A DNA stretch of 64,000 nucleotides from a virus (lineage: Duplodnaviria; Caudoviricetes): the IMG/VR virus record IMGVR_UViG_3300008267_000189, positions 581-64,580 of that record; one strand, 5' to 3'. The notes under the pieces are model-generated. The model made no database searches. It worked only from the letters and a program-made list of their open reading frames with translations, and had not been told where the DNA came from. Both the position numbers and the translations under genes were made by a program. Of the stretch, positions 26,147-36,479 are shown one piece after another; positions within the stretch are counted from its first letter, which is position 1, and each line of letters begins with the position of its first letter.

Positions 26147-27982
26147 ATGTCTGAAGAATTAGAAAAATTAAAAACTGATCTTATTTTAAAACCCCTTAAT
26201 TCCGCTCAAGAATTAAGGGATTGGATGTATACGTATTTTGACATAAGATTCCCTATGGGTGTCGTATATCCAACATCTACCCACGGGCCGACCGAGGCTG
26301 CATGGCGTATATATGAATTGATCAAAACTGGACAGAGTAAAGATGTTCCTGAAATTGTCCTACTCTCTTCAAGAGATTCGTTTAAAACTTTGATTGCTTC
26401 TGCAATTGAAGTGCTGTGCCTAGTACATTTTAGGTTTAGTATCGCACATGCTGCCGCTATCCTTTCTCAATCTGAAAAAGCCGTGCAATATGCCAATTCT
26501 TTTTTTAATAAAATACAACCTTATTTAGAAAAAAATGGCTGGAAAAAAACATCAGATAGCAAAACAAAAATTGAATGGAGAACAGACGAAGGAGATAACA
26601 TATACCTCCGAGTTCTGGTTATGACTCGTCAAGGGATGAATAGTGAGCACTTGCCTATGCTCTTTATGGATGAAATTGATCTAATCCAAGACCCTAGAGC
26701 CTTAGAAGAAGCTAAGATGGTTCCCAGTATTTATAAAAAATATTTTCCTCTAACAATAGCTTTGTCTACACGCAAATATGCCGGTGGATTAATGGAAAAG
26801 AAGGTTCGGGAAGCGGAAAGATCTGGCGGAGAAGTATTAAGATGGAATATTATTGATATTACTGAAAGAATTACAAAAAATGAAGCTCGGGTAAATGAAC
26901 CCAAAATATCTCGGTATATTTCTAGGGAACTTCCTTTAAAAAATATATCTCCAGAAGAATTTGAAACATTGAATGATAAAGAAAAAACTAAATATGAAAA
27001 ATTTGATGCTTATGCAGGTGTAGCTGATCATCCCATGCTTTCTGTTATGAGAAATTATTTAGTGGACAGGCCTCAAACAGATGTGGGCGATTTATACAAA
27101 CCTGTTATTGCAGTAAGAAATAATTTTAAACAAACTTCTCCGGAAATGGGAGAAGCGCAATTATTGTGTAACAAACCCAGTTCTTCAGGACTCGTATATC
27201 CTAGGTTTAGTATTGTCGATAATTCTGTCAGCATTAACGAAGCTTATGGATATCTTTCAGGAGAAAAAGAATCATCCAGAACCTTGACAGAACTTGTAGA
27301 ATACATGCATAATCTAGGTATAGAATTTTACGGAGCAGCTGACTGGGGTAACACAGACGAGACTTCTTTAGGAGTATTTGCAAAATTAGCAGGAGGAATA
27401 ACTTGGTTTATAGATTTGCTTTCTGCTCCAGATATGGAAATACCTGAAATTAAAGAAAAAGTTAAAGATTTTACAGAAATGTATAGAATAAAAAAATGGT
27501 TTTGTGATTCTAACTATCCTGCTTATATAAAAATGTTAAAAAGAACTGATACTATATACGGTAAGATTCCTGCTGTCGGTGTTAAAAAAGGTGTAGAATC
27601 TGTAATAGACGGAATAACCTGCGTACAGTCTAGGATTGTTGACGCTAATAACACCAGGCATTTTAAAGTATTGAAACACCAAAGTACCGAAAGGGTTTTT
27701 GATGCATTTGAAACATATAAATGGAAACTTGACGGAAAGGGAAATCCTATAGACGGTAAACCAGAACACGGCAAAGACGGGGTTGCTGATATTATGGATA
27801 TGATACGATATTATTTCTTTAGTATGTTTGGAAAAGGTAAAAATGTTCTTTTTTCTTATGATTTAGAAAATTCTAACCAACAACCTACTAATTTAAAGAA
27901 TAAAATAACAGAATTAACAGGAAAAACTAATTCTAGTGTAAAAAAGTTAAGCAAAAATAAAGGGCTAGTGTGGGATATTTAA
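26147..27982 (+). CDS. terL: Terminase large subunit
   Basis: SRDSFKT Walker A, LFMDEID Walker B, AADWG nuclease motif, DIMDMIRY. Confidence 0.85.
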   Translation: MSEELEKLKTDLILKPLNSAQELRDWMYTYFDIRFPMGVVYPTSTHGPTEAAWRIYELIKTGQSKDVPEIVLLSSRDSFKTLIASAIEVLCLVHFRFSIAHAAAILSQSEKAVQYANSFFNKIQPYLEKNGWKKTSDSKTKIEWRTDEGDNIYLRVLVMTRQGMNSEHLPMLFMDEIDLIQDPRALEEAKMVPSIYKKYFPLTIALSTRKYAGGLMEKKVREAERSGGEVLRWNIIDITERITKNEARVNEPKISRYISRELPLKNISPEEFETLNDKEKTKYEKFDAYAGVADHPMLSVMRNYLVDRPQTDVGDLYKPVIAVRNNFKQTSPEMGEAQLLCNKPSSSGLVYPRFSIVDNSVSINEAYGYLSGEKESSRTLTELVEYMHNLGIEFYGAADWGNTDETSLGVFAKLAGGITWFIDLLSAPDMEIPEIKEKVKDFTEMYRIKKWFCDSNYPAYIKMLKRTDTIYGKIPAVGVKKGVESVIDGITCVQSRIVDANNTRHFKVLKHQSTERVFDAFETYKWKLDGKGNPIDGKPEHGKDGVADIMDMIRYYFFSMFGKGKNVLFSYDLENSNQQPTNLKNKITELTGKTNSSVKKLSKNKGLVWDI

Positions 27983-28016
27983 TTTTTTTATTAAAAAATT
28001 CTAGTGAGATAATTCT

Positions 28017-28724
28017 ATGTCTAAAATGAACTTACTAGTAGATTTAAAGGGTTATGAAGGTAATAACGCCAATACTTCTAGAACTATTTTTAATAAAAAC
28101 TTGCAGCATGTCGGAATTGTTATTGATAGAGAGATAACGCAGGAGTTAGAAATACCAGCCAATACCGTGAGGCTGCTTTTTTCTGCTTCAAATAATTCAG
28201 GAACAACCCCTGCTTCAGGCCCTACTTTTGAACAAGAGTCAATTCCTTTGACGACAAGCCAAAGTCTCCAATATATTGAAGTAGATAGAAAAATTATAAT
28301 CGATAGTTTAATATTATCTAATGGCAAAGCTCTAGGGTTTCGTAATATAGATTTTCAAATAACTTTTGTAGGAAATAAAACAAGAATAACATGGATAGAT
28401 GAATGGGCTGCAGGCGGTAACCAAGGTTTAGAGTTAGATGAGACTATATTTTTATGGTATGCCTATAATTCTTCAGAACAAGGGTCGTCGTCAACATCTT
28501 CGAACTCATATCCAGGAATTGATTTATTTAAGTTTTTATATGTAGAAGTAGATAAAGAATGTCAAATAATTATAAACGGAACAGTTACAAATACTATTAA
28601 GCCTGTAGTAGTAAACAATGTTGCCAAAAAAGGTGTTTTTTTAATAAGTACGGATATAAATGATGTTTATATTGTAAATAATAATACTACAAGCTTGATT
28701 GTATATTATGTAACAGCGAAATAG
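28017..28724 (+). CDS. Putative virion protein between terminase and portal
   Basis: Beta-rich; gene context. Confidence 0.5.
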   Translation: MSKMNLLVDLKGYEGNNANTSRTIFNKNLQHVGIVIDREITQELEIPANTVRLLFSASNNSGTTPASGPTFEQESIPLTTSQSLQYIEVDRKIIIDSLILSNGKALGFRNIDFQITFVGNKTRITWIDEWAAGGNQGLELDETIFLWYAYNSSEQGSSSTSSNSYPGIDLFKFLYVEVDKECQIIINGTVTNTIKPVVVNNVAKKGVFLISTDINDVYIVNNNTTSLIVYYVTAK

Positions 28725-28731
28725 GTAAATT

Positions 28732-30531
28732 ATGTCTGATGATAATAAAAAAGATACAAAAAAAACTTTATTCACTATTTCAAATGAAATTAATTCTCAA
28801 TTAATGAAATCCTATCTGGACAATCCCGATGAAGACGTAGGTAAAAGTCTAGGAGATCTAATAGGGTCCGGATCAGGTTCTTCAAAAAGCGTCAACAGGA
28901 CAACAAAACCTCGGATGGCTTTTACCGAAGATCCGGTAAGAAAAGATAATTTTTTTGGATTATTTAAAAATAAGAAAAGACTTCTCCCTGACTGGACAAT
29001 CAAAAGAATTAGACAGGAAGATCACCTAGTTGCCTCTATTTTACGTGCTAGAGGGAATACCATGTCAATGTTTGCTCGTCTTAGAAAAGACAGATTTGAT
29101 ATCGGTATTGAAGGTAATATAAAAACTGAATATGAAGAAATAGTATCTCCAGAACAAAGAATAAAGATAGAAGAAAGAATATCAAAAGCTCTTAATATAC
29201 TGATGAATTGTGGTAGCAACGAGGGCGTGGCCAGCGAAGATAGGATGTTATTGTCAGAATATTTTTATACATCAGCAATAAACGGACTATCATTCGGGAG
29301 ATTTACTACTGAGGTTATTTATCAAGAAGATGATCTAGGAAATAAGATTTTTCATAGATTTAGACCTGTCGATGCTGGAACGGTTTATAGAGCTGTTCAA
29401 AAAGGGGAATATGCTGACAGTATAAGACAAGCATCTATTAGAATGTTAGAGGATCTTCAAGGATCAAAAATCGATAAAAGTTCAGTGCTTGCGGGAAGAT
29501 ATGCCTGGATTCAAGTTGTGGATAATATTCCACGACAGGCTTTTACTCAGGAAGAAATGCTTGTTTGTAATCTTTTTCCTTCTACAGATATTGAACATAA
29601 TGGATATCCTGTTACTCCTTTAGACACGATAATGCAGGCGGTTACAACGCATATTTCGATAGAAACTTATAATAGACTTTATTTTGCTAACGGCAGAGCC
29701 ACTAAAGGAATTTTAGTAATTAAATCTGATGAGATAGACCAAGCGACAATAGAGGGTATTAAGCAACAGTTCAATGCTTCAATTAATAGTGTAGGCAATT
29801 CATTTAGAACCCCAATATTTGGAGTAAGCTCAGAAGACGATGTTCAGTGGGTTCCTATGAATATGCAAAAAAAAGATGGAGAATTTCAATTTCTTTATGA
29901 TTCGGTTGCAAGAAATATACTTGCTGCATTTAATATGTCGCCAGATGAATTGCCGGGATATGGCCATTTATCTAAAGGCACAAACCAACAATCTCTATCT
30001 GAAGCTAATAATGAATATAAACTTACAGCTGCTCGAGACACGGGAATCAGACCTCTTATTTTAAAATTTCAAGATTTTATTAATGAAAAACTTTTTCCTT
30101 TAATTGATCCTGAGCTTTCTCAAATATGCATCATAACCCTATCTGGATTAGACGCTGATACTAGACAAAACGAAGCTCTTAGACTTCAACAAGACATGCC
30201 ACTCCATATGAGTATGGACGAAGTAATGAGTTACGTAGACAAAAAGCCCATGGGGGTACATCTTGGTGGAGATGTTAATTTTAATGAAAGATTTCAAGTA
30301 ATTGTTGATAAATATCTAGAAACATCAAATTTTATGGGTCATGTTATTGATCCTGCGTATTTAATCGATCCAATGTTAAAATATCGTCGAGATGCGTTCT
30401 GGTTTCAGCAGTTATCTATATTGATGCAATCAAATCCAACCGCTGTGCAGGCTTATTTTGCTTACAGACCTGATCATGTTGAATTATTAAAAATGTTAGA
30501 ACAAGATATGTTAGATGAAGATGATGAATAG
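28732..30531 (+). CDS. Portal protein
   Basis: RPVDAGT, YFANG..KGIL, FNMSPDEL, GIRPL portal motifs. Confidence 0.88.
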   Translation: MSDDNKKDTKKTLFTISNEINSQLMKSYLDNPDEDVGKSLGDLIGSGSGSSKSVNRTTKPRMAFTEDPVRKDNFFGLFKNKKRLLPDWTIKRIRQEDHLVASILRARGNTMSMFARLRKDRFDIGIEGNIKTEYEEIVSPEQRIKIEERISKALNILMNCGSNEGVASEDRMLLSEYFYTSAINGLSFGRFTTEVIYQEDDLGNKIFHRFRPVDAGTVYRAVQKGEYADSIRQASIRMLEDLQGSKIDKSSVLAGRYAWIQVVDNIPRQAFTQEEMLVCNLFPSTDIEHNGYPVTPLDTIMQAVTTHISIETYNRLYFANGRATKGILVIKSDEIDQATIEGIKQQFNASINSVGNSFRTPIFGVSSEDDVQWVPMNMQKKDGEFQFLYDSVARNILAAFNMSPDELPGYGHLSKGTNQQSLSEANNEYKLTAARDTGIRPLILKFQDFINEKLFPLIDPELSQICIITLSGLDADTRQNEALRLQQDMPLHMSMDEVMSYVDKKPMGVHLGGDVNFNERFQVIVDKYLETSNFMGHVIDPAYLIDPMLKYRRDAFWFQQLSILMQSNPTAVQAYFAYRPDHVELLKMLEQDMLDEDDE

Positions 30532-30539
30532 GAGAAAAT

Positions 30540-31035
30540 ATGAGTGGTAAAAAAACAGACTGGAAATCAAAATATTACGAACTAAGATCCAGACATATTA
30601 ATGCTATGGATATAAGTTTTAGACTAGGGTTTCAAGAAGGTCTTAAAGCAGCCGAAATACAGAGCATGCAAATGCAACTTCAGCAAGCACAACAAGCAGC
30701 CGCAGCTGGAATGTCTGGAGGAGGAGAAATGCCTCCTGAAGCAATGGGAGGAGAAATGCCTCCTGAAGCAATGGGAGGAGAAATGCCTCCTGAAGCAATG
30801 GGAGGAGAAATGCCTCCAAGAAGTCTCGTCAGAAGAGGAGGAGCCGGAGGGTTCGGAGTTAGATTCGAGTATTGCCGAATTAGAAAAGCTTGTTTCTAAA
30901 AATGAAAAAATTGATTTTTCTAAAATGTTAAAATCTTTGCATAAATCAAATAATGTTAAAAAAAATATTTCAGAACTATCTGAAAAACATCAAAAAATTG
31001 ATCAAATAATAAAAAAATGGGACACAAATAAATAA
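30540..31035 (+). CDS. Portal-adjacent protein with apparent +1 frameshift near 30818
   Basis: Zero frame turns atypical after the repeat; +1 frame EVSSEEEEPEGSELDSSIAELEKLVSKNE...WDTNK runs to TAA 31035. Confidence 0.6.
30720..30817 (+). repeat. 27-nt tandem repeat GGAGGAGAAATGCCTCCTGAAGCAATG x3 plus partial (GGEMPPEAM)
   Basis: Direct inspection. Confidence 0.95.
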
Positions 31036-31040
31036 AATAA

Positions 31041-31184
31041 ATGAATAATTTAAAATTAGTTCTATTATCGATTTTGATGGCTATTATTCTATTTGTTTTT
31101 CAAAAACAAAAACAAATAGAATGTAATTCTCCAAATTCTATTGCTGAAAAGACTAATTTTGGGAATAAAAACTGTCTTAAATAA
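31041..31184 (+). CDS. Small single-TM protein (47 aa)
   Basis: MNNLKLVLLSILMAIILFVF..., two Cys; converges on endolysin. Confidence 0.4.
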   Translation: MNNLKLVLLSILMAIILFVFQKQKQIECNSPNSIAEKTNFGNKNCLK

Positions 31185-31188
31185 TAAA

Positions 31189-31590
31189 CTATTCTATTAT
31201 TAGCTCAAAATGAGGTAAATCATGAAATGTTTGATCTTTTGTATCAAAATTTCCATTCCAATCTGCTCCCATTCTAATTTTTATACCCATAGAGCAGGCT
31301 AATCCTTTAATAAAACCGGCAAATAAATAATTTTTTTGCCAATTTTCCCATTCTACAGGACAAGCGACGGCATCTACAGCATAGCTAAAACCATCGACTT
31401 GTTTTAAGTGTTTAGAATTCAATGTTTTCGATTTCCCTGTTCTGACAAGTTCTTCTTGACGTTCTTCGGTTCTAACACCTTCGATAATTGTTATATCTAC
31501 ATATTTAATAGCTTCTTTGAATAATCTTTGCAGATCAGGATGGCAAGTTTCTAGTTTTTCTAAGGATTTATCACTATATTTAAAAGACAT
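31189..31590 (-). CDS. Endolysin, M15 family L-Ala-D-Glu peptidase (T5-like)
   Basis: EGVRT.ERQ, SKHL..AVD, DLPHFEL. Confidence 0.9.
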   Translation of the reverse strand: MSFKYSDKSLEKLETCHPDLQRLFKEAIKYVDITIIEGVRTEERQEELVRTGKSKTLNSKHLKQVDGFSYAVDAVACPVEWENWQKNYLFAGFIKGLACSMGIKIRMGADWNGNFDTKDQTFHDLPHFELIIE

Positions 31591-31620
31591 AAGCTCTCCA
31601 TTATGATATTATATAGCTGT

Positions 31621-33126
31621 ATGATAAAGATTAATATACAAAATCCTACAGTTTGTTTTTTAGAAAACCCGTCATCAGACGAGATCAATAAGCTTGCTAG
31701 TTGTTTAACATACAACGATACATCTGCTGCATTTGCTTTGAAAAATTTAAAACAAAATAAATGGTTACAAGCAAATAAACCAGAAACTTTTAGAATTAGA
31801 AAAGAAGAATTAGAGAAAAAATTAAAAACGTGTATGTTACAATTTTGTTCTAAAGAAGGGAAACACTGGTTTCATCCAGGCTCTATTCCTTATCTTAAAA
31901 ATATATTTAATTTTGATCTTAAAAATAATATTGTTTATCCAGAAGGAAGAAAAATGACATGGAAAAAACCACTGCCATTTGATTTATATCCTTATCAAAA
32001 AGAATCAGTTCAAAGATTATTAGAAATCAAACATGGATGTGTTGAGCTTTGTACGGGAGCAGGGAAAACGGCTATTATTCTAACATTAGCAAGGGAACTA
32101 GGTTTAAAAACTGTCATAGTGACACCTAGTAAATCTATTTTTTTAGAAATTGTAGAAAAATTTGAACACCACCTAGGCAAGAGTAACGTAGGGTCTTACG
32201 GAGATGGTAAGAAAAAACTAGATAAAAATCTTACAGTTTGTGTATCAAAATCATTAACTATGCTAAAACCGGGTACTAAGGAATATGATTTTTTTGCTAC
32301 AGCAGATGTTGTTATAGGTGATGAATCTCATACCCTTGCTGCTGAAACATTAGAAGCAGTTTTTCATGGTGTACTAAAAAACGTACCCTATAGATTTTTT
32401 CTATCAGGAACTCAGGTAAGAGGCGATGGAAAAGACGAATTACTAGAATCAATAATCGGTCAAAAAGTATTTTCTTTAACAACCAAGGAGGCGATTGAGG
32501 GTAAATACATATGTCCTGTAAAATTTTTTATATTTGAAACAACAAGCAAGGATACAAAACAATATAAAGATGCGCTTAAAGCAAAACGTAATCAATTTTT
32601 GTATAATCCTAACGTCGCTGATATTGCTGCAAAAATTGCTAACTCTGCTTGGAACCAGGGGCAAGAGTCTACTCTTATATTAGTAGAGGAGCTTGAGCAA
32701 ATTAAAATGCTTAAAGATAGACTAAAGGTTCCTTTTGATTATGTGCATTCAGCAGCTAAAGCTGACGCAGCGGGTTTTGGGTTAGAAACTAGAAAAGTAG
32801 ATGAAATAGTAGAAGCTTTTAATAAAGGGCATATAAAAGTTTTAATAGGAACCAGCTGTATTGCAACTGGTACTAATATATATCCGACGCATAATACTAT
32901 TAATTGGGTGGGAGGATCTTCGGAAGTTAAAACAAAACAGGGAGCAGTAGGCAGAAGTGTTAGACTTTTAGAAAAAAGTGAATATAAAAATTTTCACAAA
33001 CCCAAATTATATTCTAAAATTTATGACTTTAAAATTATAAACATTCCCTTGATGGAAAACCATTTACAAAAAAGAATTTCTATGTATAGAGAAACTTCTG
33101 ATGATATTAGATATATAAAATTATGA
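31621..33126 (+). CDS. SF2 DNA helicase (UvsW/DEAD-like)
   Basis: YPYQ, TGAGKT, DESH, LSGT, QGAVGRSVR. Confidence 0.9.
   Translation: MIKINIQNPTVCFLENPSSDEINKLASCLTYNDTSAAFALKNLKQNKWLQANKPETFRIRKEELEKKLKTCMLQFCSKEGKHWFHPGSIPYLKNIFNFDLKNNIVYPEGRKMTWKKPLPFDLYPYQKESVQRLLEIKHGCVELCTGAGKTAIILTLARELGLKTVIVTPSKSIFLEIVEKFEHHLGKSNVGSYGDGKKKLDKNLTVCVSKSLTMLKPGTKEYDFFATADVVIGDESHTLAAETLEAVFHGVLKNVPYRFFLSGTQVRGDGKDELLESIIGQKVFSLTTKEAIEGKYICPVKFFIFETTSKDTKQYKDALKAKRNQFLYNPNVADIAAKIANSAWNQGQESTLILVEELEQIKMLKDRLKVPFDYVHSAAKADAAGFGLETRKVDEIVEAFNKGHIKVLIGTSCIATGTNIYPTHNTINWVGGSSEVKTKQGAVGRSVRLLEKSEYKNFHKPKLYSKIYDFKIINIPLMENHLQKRISMYRETSDDIRYIKL
31625..31633 (-). promoter_or_regulatory. Late motif TAATCTTTA upstream of endolysin
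   Basis: Reverse complement of TAAAGATTA, about 35 nt upstream of endolysin ATG. Confidence 0.55.
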
Positions 33127-34160
33127 AAAATAGAAATAAAAAAATTAATGATCCAGTTTTTTATAATCTAGCAAATGATGTTGCTAAAATTTTAAATAAA
33201 AACAATAATGGTAAAAAATTAAATAAAAAAGAATTTACTAAAAAACAAAAATCTCAAGTAGAAAGGATGATGGAACTTGAGGAAATTTTTAGAAAAACTA
33301 TAAACTCTTACAAACAAAGTGATAAAATATATTACAAATTTTTAATATATATAAAAATAGAAAAAGGCAATATCCTAATGGCAAGGCCTTTTTTTAGAGA
33401 AAATTCAAAAACTTTTGGGAAAGATGTGTCGCCTGCATTTAAAGAAGATGATATTCAAAAAATAAAACAATTCCATATAAACTATAAATTTATATTATTT
33501 GTCATTGAAAATTGGAAGGGAAATGTTCCGACTAAGGCGCTCGATGCTTGGGAAGAACATCAAGAAGTACGAAGACAAATTGTAGAAAATAGTATGCCAT
33601 TAGCTATAAATGAAGCAATGAAATTTTATAAAGCTGTCCCAAAAAACCACACCTCCCTAATGGATATTATAAACGCCTCAATAGCAGGGTTATGTATAGG
33701 AGTAGATAAATGGGTAGGTCCGTTTAAAACAGTTTTTAGAAGTGTATGTCTTAGCAGAATGAAGAGTAATATCATGGATGTTTATAATCAAACTTTTTTA
33801 CATTATTATCCTTCTGATAAAAAAATTATATACAAGTCTAATTTATTAAAAAGTCGTGAAAAAATAAAAGATCCTGAAATTCTTTTAGGGGCTATTAATG
33901 ATTATTTAGAAGAAAATAATGATAAAAGAGTATTAAAAAATCATGAATTACAAGATTTGTTAAATGGTTCTGATTTAGAAAGTATAGAAACCAATTCAAC
34001 CGAAGAGGGGTTTACTATATATGATACTTATGTTGATGAGAACAATGATATTGAAAAAAATGCAGAAAAACTTGATTGTTTAAAAAAAGCATTAGTAGAA
34101 TGCCAAAAATTATTAGTGATTGAAAAGAAAATAATCAGACTCAAAGGGGTGGATTTATGA
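33123..34160 (+). CDS. RNA polymerase sigma-70-family factor (region 4 truncated)
   Basis: RRQIVENSMPLAINEAMKF..MDIINASIAGLCIGVDKW = region 2. Confidence 0.75.
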   Translation: MKNRNKKINDPVFYNLANDVAKILNKNNNGKKLNKKEFTKKQKSQVERMMELEEIFRKTINSYKQSDKIYYKFLIYIKIEKGNILMARPFFRENSKTFGKDVSPAFKEDDIQKIKQFHINYKFILFVIENWKGNVPTKALDAWEEHQEVRRQIVENSMPLAINEAMKFYKAVPKNHTSLMDIINASIAGLCIGVDKWVGPFKTVFRSVCLSRMKSNIMDVYNQTFLHYYPSDKKIIYKSNLLKSREKIKDPEILLGAINDYLEENNDKRVLKNHELQDLLNGSDLESIETNSTEEGFTIYDTYVDENNDIEKNAEKLDCLKKALVECQKLLVIEKKIIRLKGVDL

Positions 34161-34471
34161 AAATATCTATAAATGGTAATTTAATTTTAAGACCGTATAA
34201 TAAAACCAAGGAGTTACGAGCTACGGAAGTTGCTTCTGGATTTGTAATGACAGCCAATAAGATAGGGGTAGAGTCTTTAGAACTTTTAGTTGACGCAGCA
34301 TTAAGTATAGGTAATAATAATATAACTCTTCTTAAGGGTGCTAAGATTTATTTTAAGGAAGAAACGCTGCATACGCAAAAATGGCCTAGGCAAATTTTTG
34401 AATCTCAAGAATTCCCTGATGGATTTGTCGTGGGAAATGTTGCTGACGTTCTATTTTTTGGACATGAATAA
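34157..34471 (+). CDS. GroES-like co-chaperonin
   Basis: 104 aa; SINGNLILRP..TEVASGFVM (mobile-loop-like), KGAKIYF, ADVL. Confidence 0.5.
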   Translation: MKISINGNLILRPYNKTKELRATEVASGFVMTANKIGVESLELLVDAALSIGNNNITLLKGAKIYFKEETLHTQKWPRQIFESQEFPDGFVVGNVADVLFFGHE

Positions 34472-35435
34472 AGTTTTAAGAGTTGGCGATCCTCATGTGC
34501 AGATATCAAATCTCAAAGATTCTGAGAAATTAATAGATTTTGTAATCAAAACAGCTCTTGATCGTCAAATAATGAATATTGAATTTTTAGGAGATTTATT
34601 CCATACTCACGCAGTCTTGAGAGTAGAAGTGATCGACTTTTGGCAAAAATCATTCAATAAGATACTTCAAAAAAATTTGAACTGCACGGTTCTCGTGGGC
34701 AATCACGACCAGCCAGGTTCTAGGGAAAAAGAACAGGAAATGAATGCTCTGAATATCTTTAACGTCCACGATAACTTTACGATTATCAACAAGCCTATAG
34801 AAATACTCGGAACTGCCTATATACCATATATGAGCGACGGACAGGCTTTTATAGATGCGGCACAGAAATTATACGATCAAGGTGCTACAGAATTGCTAAT
34901 AGCTCACCAAACCTTTACAGGCGCTCAATATGAAAACGGTTTCTTTAGCGAAGAAGGCATAGATCCGGCTCTAATACCTCAAAAACAAATCGTTAGCGGT
35001 CATATCCATAAAAGTCAGCAGGTAGGGAAATGCTTCTATCCGGGGACTCCTAAATGGGACACTATGGCAGATGCAAATGAGTCTAAAGGAATATGGATAT
35101 TCACTCATAACGATTCGGGTGGGTATATGGACAAAGAATTCGTTTCTACTTCAGAAATAGTGACCCCTATTGTATGTTATGATATTAAAGAAGGTGAAGA
35201 TTTGCCTGAGATTAATCCATTTGCTAGAAATTATGTAACATTAGAAGGCAAAACAGCATGGATTAATAAAATTAAATCAAAGCTAAAAAATTGTAACATT
35301 AAAATAAAGCACACAGATCGGATTTTAAATAAAGTTAATGGCAATTTATCAATAGATAAGTATTTAGAAACAGAATTTCAACCTGTTGCCGGGGTTGAAA
35401 AAGAAGAATTAAAACAATTTATAATAAATTTATGA
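34464..35435 (+). CDS. Mre11/SbcD-like recombination nuclease
   Basis: GDPH, GDLFH, GNHD, AHQ, SGHIH, YPGTP. Confidence 0.88.
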   Translation: MNKVLRVGDPHVQISNLKDSEKLIDFVIKTALDRQIMNIEFLGDLFHTHAVLRVEVIDFWQKSFNKILQKNLNCTVLVGNHDQPGSREKEQEMNALNIFNVHDNFTIINKPIEILGTAYIPYMSDGQAFIDAAQKLYDQGATELLIAHQTFTGAQYENGFFSEEGIDPALIPQKQIVSGHIHKSQQVGKCFYPGTPKWDTMADANESKGIWIFTHNDSGGYMDKEFVSTSEIVTPIVCYDIKEGEDLPEINPFARNYVTLEGKTAWINKIKSKLKNCNIKIKHTDRILNKVNGNLSIDKYLETEFQPVAGVEKEELKQFIINL

Positions 35436-35809
35436 AAAATACACCAAATAATGCTAAAAATATTCTAGAAGATATGAAAAAAATCACCATGCTTACGGGG
35501 GAGATTTCTAATATCCATGAAAAAAGTCTGCTAACATGGCCTTATGTTGTATTTGATAACATTAAAAATGTTGAAATAAAATATGATTTAACTAAATCAG
35601 CTCACCTAGAACTGGGCTATAATTTAGTAGAATTTTTTGTTTTTTCTTCTGATCAAGATAGACAAAATATTGACAATTTTGAAAAAAGATGCGAAACTCT
35701 AAAACAATGGACAGAAGAAATGTTCTGGGCGGGAGTAGAAGTCAGAGTCTATATGGACGGGTTTTTAGAATACCCTGCTACTCTGGAGGTGCAGAATGGA
35801 TTTGAGTAA
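35432..35809 (+). CDS. Hypothetical protein
   Basis: Coupled ORF. Confidence 0.55.
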   Translation: MKNTPNNAKNILEDMKKITMLTGEISNIHEKSLLTWPYVVFDNIKNVEIKYDLTKSAHLELGYNLVEFFVFSSDQDRQNIDNFEKRCETLKQWTEEMFWAGVEVRVYMDGFLEYPATLEVQNGFE

Positions 35810-36437
35810 AATTGACAATGATTTTACCGATGAAGAAGTAGAAAAAATTAATAATTATGTATCAAATGGATCTGCCGGACTAGAATCTGTCATAAAAGAT
35901 GAACATAAAATGAATTCTCTTTTCGGGCTTTATATGGCCGGAAAAACTTATGAAGAGATCAGTAAAATATCTAGAGTTAAAAAAGATATCATTCTTTATT
36001 TGTCTGCCAAAATGAGGTGGTATGAGAAAAGAATGGAATATTTAGAAGATATTCAACGTCAAATAACCAAAAAACTTTCTCATACAAGAGTAGAAAGTCT
36101 TAATTTTATTAGTGATTTAATTAATTGTCATCATAAATATTATGGAGATGAAATTAATAAATATTTACAAACTAATGACAGAAGTATTATTGATAATCTA
36201 GATTTAAAATCATTAACACAATACTTTAAAAGTATTGAAATATTAGAAAAAATGCTAAATCCTACAAATGTGACCAGAGGATCTGGAAGTGGGACTACTA
36301 TTAACATAAATGCGGCTGGTTCTAAAGTAGATGCGATTGACAATGCTATTGAAATCACACCCTCTAATACGGGAGATATTTTAAAGGCATTGGCAAATCT
36401 AAAAGATAAAAAGAAAAATGAAACAAATGAAAAATAG
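35796..36437 (+). CDS. HTH protein, terminase-small-subunit-like
   Basis: LYMAGKTYEEISKISRV..RWYEKR HTH, helical middle, TTININ tail. Confidence 0.4.
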   Translation: MDLSKIDNDFTDEEVEKINNYVSNGSAGLESVIKDEHKMNSLFGLYMAGKTYEEISKISRVKKDIILYLSAKMRWYEKRMEYLEDIQRQITKKLSHTRVESLNFISDLINCHHKYYGDEINKYLQTNDRSIIDNLDLKSLTQYFKSIEILEKMLNPTNVTRGSGSGTTININAAGSKVDAIDNAIEITPSNTGDILKALANLKDKKKNETNEK

Positions 36438-36479
36438 ATATGATAGTATAATCATACAGCTATTTTTAAAGGAGAAAAA

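Noticed and set aside
12449-30817. Tandem repeats as CRISPR arrays
   Set aside because: Units are contiguous multiples of 3 nt inside ORFs with no spacers; no cas genes. The mCpol domain does not imply a CRISPR locus.
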